Source of the DNA: Acidobacteriota bacterium
GTDB taxonomy: Bacteria > Acidobacteriota > Thermoanaerobaculia > Multivoradales > Multivoraceae
Length of the DNA: 58,973 bases
Direction of reading: 5' to 3'
Assembly (NCBI GenBank): GCA_021296535.1
Contig: JAGWAG010000003.1
Location: forward strand, 1 to 58,973
Both the position numbers and the translations under genes were made by a program. Of this stretch, positions 52,641-58,973 are shown piece by piece (positions within the stretch are counted from its first letter, which is position 1; each line of letters begins with the position of its first letter). Under the pieces are notes generated by a model. The model was not told the DNA's origin. It did no database searches and was given only the letters and a program-made list of their open reading frames with translations.

Positions 52641-54479
52641 CTACCGGACGTCGACGCCGCCGCGCAGGAACGACTGGCGGCCGCCGATGTCGTCACGCAG
52701 GCCGACGCCGATGTCGTGGTAGCCGGCTTCCATCGTGACTTCCAGGCCGTAGCGCCACAGGCCTCCCTCGGTCTCCCCGATCCGGTCCTCGGGAACAGCG
52801 ATCGTCAGCTCGGTGAGCTGCGGCTCGGTCGCGTGGTCGTTTTCGTCCTTTGCCACCAGCCAGAGCTGGATCCGGCCGTGGTGGGCGCCGTCGCGTGGAA
52901 TCAGCGTGAGTTCCTTCCATGCGACTTCGATCACCACAGGCACGTCGTAGTTGCCGTCCGGCCGCCGCTTCGCCGGCAAACTGTCGACCCGAACGCCTAG
53001 CGGATTCTCCTGCATGTTCAGGTTGAGGGCCGAGAGGGTGCCCTCCTTCATCCGCGACTCGACCGACTTGTCCCGGTAGCCCTTGCGGAAGCGGACGGAA
53101 GCGCCGCGGGGCCTTCCCTTCCAGCGCACGTCGATCGAGTGATAGCGCCCCGAAGCGACCGACGACATGGGCATGTAGCCGAGGGAGTAGTAGTTGCGGA
53201 AGTCGTCCGCGATCTTCAGCAGATCGGGCATCACGCGGTTCGCGTTGATCACCGCGCGACCGCCCGTCTCCTCCGCCATGAGCTGGAGCGGCGCCTGAAG
53301 GTTCGTCAACTGGATCTGGTCGATCAGCGCGGCCTGTCCGGGCGCCCCCGCGACCTGGCCGTCCACCGTGCTCTGGGACAGAACCGTCAGCCCTCGGGCA
53401 TCGATCGTGTAGAAGCTCGTCCGGTTCGCGTTCGCGCCCGCCGCGAGCTGCTGGTAGCGCCTCGACATGTCGTACTCCGACATCTCGATCAGTGACACGG
53501 ACCGCTCGTAGAGCTGCTCGACAAAGTAGAAAACGTCCTCGCCCGCGATCATGGGAATGCCGTCGGCGACGTAGATCACCGCCTTGCGGCCCGGCGCCGC
53601 CGAGAGGTTCTCGACCACCCGCGTCAGGCCGTCGATCGCGAGGTTCGTGTCGTTGCGGACCGAACCGGCGTAGGCCATCAACGCGGTGCGCGCGTAGCTG
53701 GCGCCGCCGCCGACTGTCAGCCCCGCCCGCTCGAACGCAGCGACCCCGGGCCTGTTCTCCATCGACTCTTCGTTGTTCACGTCGTTCACGTTGTTGATCA
53801 GGTCGCGGCGCTCGTTGTTCCGGTGGAGCCGCTGGGCAGAAACCTCTTCCAGCTCGAGCAGTGCCCGGTTCAACTCTTCCCGGTCGTTCGTGAAAGGCAT
53901 CCGCAGGTTGAGGGCCGGGTCGAAACTGGCCAGCATGACCTGGTCTTCGGGCCGCAACTGCTCACGGATGAAGGCGCGGAGCTCGCGCAGGACGCGATTG
54001 CGGTTGAACGGCGTCAGGTTGTAGTTGTCGATGTAGACGGCGACATGAAGCGCCTGCTCCGCCGGCACTTCCGGCGGCGCCCGGCGCAGCCGGTCCGCCT
54101 CCAGCGGATCCTCAGGCGGCGGCGGCAGGAGCGGCTGGGCCTCGACCTCGCCGCCGCGGCGGACGAAGAGTTCGTCGTCCCGGAGTTCCACCGCGTAGAA
54201 GTTGCTGATCGGAACCCGTCGACCGTCGACTTGAAGCTCGAAGTCGTCGGGACCGAGACCGAGGACCGGCTTGCCGTCGGCGCCCGTGACGTACACGTCG
54301 ATGTTCACGACCTCGACGTTGACGACCTCCGTGAAGCCTGGACCCGACGGTGCGGGTCTGGACTCGGGCTGGGCCGCCGCGGGAGGCGTCGGTGTCGCCA
54401 GGAGAACGACGCCTGCCGCAACGAGGGCCAGACCCGGGCTGCCGCACCGGAACAGCGCTGTGTGGTTCGACGACGCCAT
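52641..54479 (-). CDS. secreted VWA domain protein, paralogue 3 (more divergent)
   Basis: 612 aa with a signal-like N-terminus. Motifs are VVNVEVVNIDVYVTGADGKPVLGLGPDDFELQVDG, a VWA core (HVAVYIDNYNL...KAVIYVADGIP...FYTIDARG) and NYYSLGY. Confidence 0.75.
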   Translation of the reverse strand: MASSNHTALFRCGSPGLALVAAGVVLLATPTPPAAAQPESRPAPSGPGFTEVVNVEVVNIDVYVTGADGKPVLGLGPDDFELQVDGRRVPISNFYAVELRDDELFVRRGGEVEAQPLLPPPPEDPLEADRLRRAPPEVPAEQALHVAVYIDNYNLTPFNRNRVLRELRAFIREQLRPEDQVMLASFDPALNLRMPFTNDREELNRALLELEEVSAQRLHRNNERRDLINNVNDVNNEESMENRPGVAAFERAGLTVGGGASYARTALMAYAGSVRNDTNLAIDGLTRVVENLSAAPGRKAVIYVADGIPMIAGEDVFYFVEQLYERSVSLIEMSEYDMSRRYQQLAAGANANRTSFYTIDARGLTVLSQSTVDGQVAGAPGQAALIDQIQLTNLQAPLQLMAEETGGRAVINANRVMPDLLKIADDFRNYYSLGYMPMSSVASGRYHSIDVRWKGRPRGASVRFRKGYRDKSVESRMKEGTLSALNLNMQENPLGVRVDSLPAKRRPDGNYDVPVVIEVAWKELTLIPRDGAHHGRIQLWLVAKDENDHATEPQLTELTIAVPEDRIGETEGGLWRYGLEVTMEAGYHDIGVGLRDDIGGRQSFLRGGVDVR

Positions 54480-54529
54480 GGGGAGAGACTAACCCGACTG
54501 CCGCGAATACGGGCGAGAAAGAAGACGCC

Positions 54530-54590
54530 GGATGCCGGCCAGCGGGCCGGCGCACCCAGTGAGGCGACGCTTCACGAGGCGCCTACCGCG
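54530..54590. repeat. REP-like element, third locus (inverted orientation)
   Basis: GCCGGCCAGCGGGCCGGCGCACCCAGTGAGGCGACGCTTCACGAGGCGCC shares the GGCGCACCCAGT core and the GCCGGC-N6-GCCGGC hairpin with the 6533-7273 repeats. It overlaps the stop of the sulfatase-like gene. Confidence 0.55.
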
Positions 54591-56775
54591 ACCCGGCGAG
54601 CAGCCTGAGTTCCTGCGCCTCCGGCCACCGCCGCAGCGCCTCGCCAAGCACGCCGTCCGCGGAGCGCGGATCGTTCATCGCGCGCAGCGCCCGCACCGCC
54701 TCGGCGTACGCGGCCGGATTCGGGTTCACGGTGACCATCTCCTGGAGGGTGCGGCCGACTTCGGCGCCGCGGTCCATGAGCGCCTGGAGGAAGGCCAGGG
54801 CGGAGTACGCCCCGAGGAGGTCGGGCCGCAACGCGATCGCCTCACGGTAAGCGCTCTCGGACTCGGTCTCGCGCCCCAGCGCCGCGAGCGCGGCGCCGCG
54901 GTAGAGATACAGGTGTCCGAGGACCTCCCGGTCGCGACGCTCACCGAACTCGGCCAGCAACCCGTCGCTCAGCGCCACCGCTTCCTCGAAACGATCCTGC
55001 TTGTTCAGCCAGGCCGCCCTGGTGATCAGCGGTCTCACGAGGACGCCGCGTTCCTCCATCGCCCGCTCCAGGTACTCTCCCGCCGCGTCCAGGTCTCCTT
55101 CCAGCATCGCCGCCTGGGCCAGCACGTCGTTCGCCATGGGCGAGCGATCGACGACCGCCAGGGCGTGTTCCCGCGCCTCGTCGACCCGGCCCTCCAGCAG
55201 CAGCAACTCGGCCACCTTTAGTCCGGCGCTTGCAGCGGAGCCCGCGGACTCCTCGAACGCCTTGCGGTACGCCTGAAGTGCCTCCCTGGGCCGCCGGCGC
55301 CGCTCCAGCACGTCGCCCAGCTGCTGCCACGCCAGGACGAGCTGCGGCTCGGCGGCGAGCACCGCCCGCAACGCCTCCTCGGCCTCAGCCAGGTCGCCGC
55401 CGTCGATCAGCCGCGAGGCCCGACCCAGGTCGGCGACGACGCCGATGCGGCTTTTCGGATCCGCCAGCGACTCGCCGCCGGCACGCGCGCCGCCGGACAG
55501 GTAGCCGAGCGACTCCAGACGTCGCCTGGTCTCGGGATCGTCCTCCGCCGGCGTAGTCAGCGTGCGGTCGATCTCCCGGAGGGCCGCCCGCAGCCGCCGC
55601 GCAGCCGCGCGCTCCTCCTGAATCACGTTCGTCCGCTCGTCCGGATCCTCGGCCAGCCGGTACAGCTCCGGATCGGGCGATTCGATGAAGTGCAGGTCGC
55701 CCTCGACGATCGAGGCGAGATCGCTCCAGCCGAAGTGGATCCGGGGATAGACGCTCTCCGACACGATAGGGCGAAGCGGGCCGCCCGGCGACTCCGGCTC
55801 CAACTCGAGAAGATCAAGCCCCGCCAGTCCATCGGGAGATGGCAGCCCCGCAATCGAGTAGACCGTCGGCGCGACATCGCTGAGCTGGGCACCGGACGCG
55901 ACCCGTTCGCCTCCGCGCTCGCCCCCTGGCAGCTTGACGATCAGGGGTACCTGGATGACTTCGCGGTAGATGAAGATCAGGTGATCCATCTCGCCGTGAT
56001 CCATCAAGCCCTCCCCGTGGTCAGACAGCAAAATCACTACCGTTTCGTCATAGACCCCAAGGTCCTCCAGGCGCCGGATGAGATCAGCTACGACCGCGTC
56101 CGCGGCGGCCACCTCGCCGTCGTACGGGTTGTCGTAGCGGTCGGCGAACGGCGCCGGCGGCTCGTACGGTGCATGCGGTTCGTACAGATGGAGGAACAGG
56201 AAGAACGGCGAATCCGCCACGCCTCCGAGCCAGTCCGACGCCGCGGCCAGAGTCTGGGTCCCCGGGCGTTGAAGCCGCCCCAATTGCCGCCCGGTCTCGA
56301 AGCCGACCTCGTCGTCGTAGACATCGAAGCCCCGGGCGATCCCGGTCCCGGCGCGCAGGACGTAGGAGGAAACGAATCCTCCTGTCGCATAGCCTGCTCG
56401 CCCGAGCTCGGCCGCCAGAGTCGGGATCGCCTCGTCCAACCGGTAACCCGCGTTGTCGCGCACGCCGTGTTCCGGCGGCAGCAGGCCGGTGAACACGCTG
56501 GCGTGAGAGGGCAGGGTGACGTTGACGTGCGAGTAGGCACGCTCGAACAGCACGCCCTCGGCGGCGAGCCGGTCGATGGCCGGCGTTTCGACCCCGTCAT
56601 AGCCGTAGGCCGGCAGCCGGTCCGACCGCAGCGTGTCGACGGAAATCAGGACGATCGGCGGCAGGGCCGCATCGGCGGCCGTCTCCGAACCGCCGGGCGG
56701 CGGTGGACTGCATGCCAGCGCCGACAGTGCCGCGACGGCCGCCAACCGCGACGCCAAAGCGCGGAGAGGATTCAC
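54583..56775 (-). CDS. sulfatase-like (alkaline-phosphatase superfamily) enzyme fused to C-terminal TPR domain, paralogue 2, lipoprotein
   Basis: 730 aa. The GTG at 56775 overlaps the upstream stop (GTGA). It has a lipobox (AALSALAC). Motifs are ISVDTLRSD, VTLPSHASVFTG, HLYEPHAPYEPP and LSDHGEGLMDHGE, followed by TPR repeats. Confidence 0.8.
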   Translation of the reverse strand: MNPLRALASRLAAVAALSALACSPPPPGGSETAADAALPPIVLISVDTLRSDRLPAYGYDGVETPAIDRLAAEGVLFERAYSHVNVTLPSHASVFTGLLPPEHGVRDNAGYRLDEAIPTLAAELGRAGYATGGFVSSYVLRAGTGIARGFDVYDDEVGFETGRQLGRLQRPGTQTLAAASDWLGGVADSPFFLFLHLYEPHAPYEPPAPFADRYDNPYDGEVAAADAVVADLIRRLEDLGVYDETVVILLSDHGEGLMDHGEMDHLIFIYREVIQVPLIVKLPGGERGGERVASGAQLSDVAPTVYSIAGLPSPDGLAGLDLLELEPESPGGPLRPIVSESVYPRIHFGWSDLASIVEGDLHFIESPDPELYRLAEDPDERTNVIQEERAAARRLRAALREIDRTLTTPAEDDPETRRRLESLGYLSGGARAGGESLADPKSRIGVVADLGRASRLIDGGDLAEAEEALRAVLAAEPQLVLAWQQLGDVLERRRRPREALQAYRKAFEESAGSAASAGLKVAELLLLEGRVDEAREHALAVVDRSPMANDVLAQAAMLEGDLDAAGEYLERAMEERGVLVRPLITRAAWLNKQDRFEEAVALSDGLLAEFGERRDREVLGHLYLYRGAALAALGRETESESAYREAIALRPDLLGAYSALAFLQALMDRGAEVGRTLQEMVTVNPNPAAYAEAVRALRAMNDPRSADGVLGEALRRWPEAQELRLLAGSR

Positions 56776-57329
56776 TTCAGTTCAAGGGTCAGCTCGACCG
56801 TCTGCGGCAGACCGGAAACGTCTCCAACCGGCGTCCAAACCTCGACCGTCTCGCCGTCCTCTTCGACGTCGGACACCTCGACCCATCGCGCCTCCCGCAA
56901 CCGAACCAGCACCTCGAGCTTTCCGTCCGCCGGCGCCGGACGGCCGGTTTCCGAGGTCCAGAAGTTGTAGAGCGCCACCTCCTCCGACTGCCCCGCTTCG
57001 ATCACCTGGAGGAAGAGCTGCTTCTCGTACACGGGCAAGGAATGGCCGTTCACTTCGACATCGAAGCCGAAGCTGTACACCGCCCGGTTGCCTGTGTTCT
57101 CGATCGTCGCCGTCAGCTTGCAGAGCGTCTCGGCGCTGGGCGCCGCCGGACTCACTTCGATGCCGGTCAGAACGACATCCTGCTGATCCTCCGCGACGAC
57201 CGCAGTGACGGACAGCAAGAGGAAGACGGACCAGACGCTGACGACCCCTGACGCCGCTGACCGGCGCCGTGACCTGTTTCTTCGACCGGAAGACCCGGTC
57301 CCGGACGCCGCGTTCAGCACGGCATGCAT
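56772..57329 (-). CDS. small secreted hypothetical protein, CARDB/Ig-like beta-sandwich suspected
   Basis: Only the last 186 codons of the 653-codon ORF look real. They begin at the ATG at 57329 with a basic n-region and hydrophobic core (VVSVWSVFLLLSVTAVVA). LCKLTATIENTGNRAVYSFGFDVEVNGHSL...EAGQSEEVALYNFW resembles CARDB-type domains. Confidence 0.55.
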   Translation of the reverse strand: MHAVLNAASGTGSSGRRNRSRRRSAASGVVSVWSVFLLLSVTAVVAEDQQDVVLTGIEVSPAAPSAETLCKLTATIENTGNRAVYSFGFDVEVNGHSLPVYEKQLFLQVIEAGQSEEVALYNFWTSETGRPAPADGKLEVLVRLREARWVEVSDVEEDGETVEVWTPVGDVSGLPQTVELTLELK

Positions 57330-57353
57330 ACTATCGACGGGAGCCCTTCGACC

Positions 57354-58787
57354 ATGGCCCTTCCCTACCTGTTCCGTCTCGTCGCCGCTGTCGCCTTTCT
57401 GGTGCTCGTCGGCTCGACCAACCTGCTGGCTCAACTGAGGGACTCCGACGATCCCCCGGCGGCAACCCCCGTGTACCCCACGCTGGACCCCAAGAGTGCC
57501 GAAAGCGCCGTCTACGACCGTCTGCGGCGGTTGACGTCGGACAAGCAGAAGGCGAGACGCCGGGCCGCAAAGGCGCTCGCAAAGACCGACCCCGCAACCC
57601 TGGTCCCCCTCGTGGACGCCTACTTCTTCATGCCCAACGAGGCCCGGGAGGACGCCCGGCAGCTCCTGGAGGACCTTTCGGGTGAACGAATCGGCGGCCG
57701 CTACCGCGACTGGTTTCTGTATGTCGGCGGCCGTGACGATCTGACGCCGCCGGCCGGCTACGTCGCCTGGAAGGGAGAGGTGTTTTCCCGTATCGACCCG
57801 GTGTACCGGCGTATTCTGGCGCCCGGAACCGCGGTCCGCCTCCGGCTCAGGGAGGTCCAGTGGGGCGGGGTTCCCCTGGACGGGATCCCCGCCATCGACG
57901 ACCCCGACGCCGCCCCCGCGGATACCGCGCGCTTCATGCGGGACACGGACACCGTGTTCGGCGTCCGAGTAGGCGGCGAGCATCGCGCCTACCCGGTCAA
58001 GGTGCTCAGTTGGCATGAACTCCTGAACGACACGCTCGGCGGCCAGCCGATCACGCTCTCGTTCTGCACCCTCTGCGGTTCGGGAATCCTGTACTCCGCG
58101 GTCGACGAAAAGGGCAACCGCCTCGTGTTCGGTACCTCGGGGCTCCTCTACCGTTCGAACAAGCTGATGTTCGACCGCGCCACGCTCAGCCTGTGGAGCA
58201 ACCTGACCGGCGAAGCCGTGGTCGGGACCCACGCCAACCAGGGCTCGCGGCTCACCATGCTGCCGATGACCCTGACCCGCTGGGACACATGGCGGCAGCG
58301 GCATCCCGACACGACCGTCATGATCCCCGATCCGGCCGCCGCGCAGCGAACGGGCTACCGCTACGTGGAGGGCGCGGCCGACCAGGCGCGCACCGGGGTC
58401 GAGTTTCCCGTGTGGCGGCAAAGCAACGCCCTGGAGCGAAACGCCCGGATCTACGCGCTGCGGATAGGCGGCGAAGCGAAGGCGTACCCGCTGGACAAGC
58501 TGCGTGAAGAGGGTCTCGTCAACGACACCCTGGGCGGCGTGCGGATCGTGCTCTCGGTGGACCCGGCCAGCGGCGCCGTCCGCGCCTACGAGCGCGGTCA
58601 GCGCAGGTTCGCAGCGCTTGAGGAGACGCCGCTTCGTCAGCTTCGCGCCGACGACGGGTCGCTCTGGTGGATCGGAGAGGACAGCCTGGCCCCCGACGGC
58701 GGCGGCAGCCCGCTGCCACGAGTCGCCGGCCACGTCGCCTTCTGGTTCGGCTGGTACGCGTTCTACCCGGAGACGACGGTCTACTGA
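57354..58787 (+). CDS. DUF3179 domain-containing protein, secreted or membrane-anchored
   Basis: The ATG at 57354 (alternative 57324) opens MALPYLFRLVAAVAFLVLVGS. Motifs are LDGIPAIDDP, GGEHRAYPVKVLSWHELLNDTLGGQPITLSFCTLCGSG, FGTSGLLYRSNKLMFDRATLSLWS and a C-terminal FWFGWYAFYPET. Confidence 0.8.
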   Translation: MALPYLFRLVAAVAFLVLVGSTNLLAQLRDSDDPPAATPVYPTLDPKSAESAVYDRLRRLTSDKQKARRRAAKALAKTDPATLVPLVDAYFFMPNEAREDARQLLEDLSGERIGGRYRDWFLYVGGRDDLTPPAGYVAWKGEVFSRIDPVYRRILAPGTAVRLRLREVQWGGVPLDGIPAIDDPDAAPADTARFMRDTDTVFGVRVGGEHRAYPVKVLSWHELLNDTLGGQPITLSFCTLCGSGILYSAVDEKGNRLVFGTSGLLYRSNKLMFDRATLSLWSNLTGEAVVGTHANQGSRLTMLPMTLTRWDTWRQRHPDTTVMIPDPAAAQRTGYRYVEGAADQARTGVEFPVWRQSNALERNARIYALRIGGEAKAYPLDKLREEGLVNDTLGGVRIVLSVDPASGAVRAYERGQRRFAALEETPLRQLRADDGSLWWIGEDSLAPDGGGSPLPRVAGHVAFWFGWYAFYPETTVY

Positions 58788-58826
58788 CCACGTCCGCCGG
58801 ATAGAACCGCGCTCGGCCCCCTCCCC

Positions 58827-58973
58827 TCAGCTACTGCAAGCGAACGCCTTGATGTTGCTCGCCGCTGCCGCGGTCTGGTTCAAGGCGTTGTTGTGGGCCC
58901 AAGGCTCGCCGCCATCGGGAGGGACGATCGACAAGTTGTACGCCAGCGTCGTCACGGGCGCCACGAACACCCA
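58827..58973 (-). CDS. 3' end of an unidentified CDS (5' end outside window)
   Basis: The minus-strand frame is open from the window edge: ...VFVAPVTTLAYNLSIVPPDGGEPWAHNNALNQTAAAASNIKAFACSS, with TGA at 58829-58827. I recognise no family. Confidence 0.3.
   Translation of the reverse strand, partial: WVFVAPVTTLAYNLSIVPPDGGEPWAHNNALNQTAAAASNIKAFACSS

Noticed and set aside
57330-58733. Upstream 467 codons of the 653-codon minus-strand ORF 56772..58733.
   Set aside because: This part is antisense to the well-supported DUF3179 gene. Only the 3' 186 codons, which have a signal peptide and normal composition, were kept.

Overview
High-GC bacterial chromosomal segment. Gene content looks Acidobacteriota-like (Oar-type CarboxypepD_reg TonB receptor, TIGR03436-like VWA proteins, DUF1592/DUF1552 pair), but that is inference only. 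I saw no rRNA, tRNA, CRISPR array or intact mobile element.

The first half (1-29 kb) is mostly housekeeping and metabolism:
- ATP-grasp fragment, phasin-like protein, PhyH dioxygenase, alpha/beta hydrolase, M20 amidohydrolase, leuS, rpmE.
- A metal block: a membrane-anchored DtxR/MntR-FeoA fusion coupled to feoB, divergent from a permease-HMA fusion.
- pntAA-pntAB-pntB, a decayed RES-Xre toxin-antitoxin pair, pfkA, an MBL hydrolase and an S10 peptidase.
- A DUF1592/DUF1552 pair, a PQQ dehydrogenase, eno, glycerate kinase and a ParDE pair.

The second half (29-59 kb) is the unusual part. It is an almost uninterrupted block of secreted or lipoprotein genes rich in paralogues and TPR repeats:
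- A SpeA-like decarboxylase heads an 11-kb operon of three CRTAC1/ASPIC-UnbV FG-GAP proteins interleaved with two large TPR proteins.
- Next come a TonB-dependent receptor, a CarboxypepD_reg-TPR protein, two paralogous sulfatase-like/TPR fusions that carry Thr in place of the formylglycine Cys, a transglutaminase-like/TPR lipoprotein, three VWA paralogues, a small CARDB-like protein and a DUF3179 protein.
- The repeated pairing of sulfatase-like/TPR with VWA is my best candidate for an undescribed envelope system.

Other features are REP-like hairpin repeats at three loci, a 59/60-bp tandem duplication of the eno 5' end, and a clear intrinsic terminator.

Four genes are frame-disrupted as assembled (alpha/beta hydrolase, leuS, RES toxin, VWA-2). 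Sequence quality versus real decay therefore needs checking. All calls are by-eye motif recognition; no searches were run.
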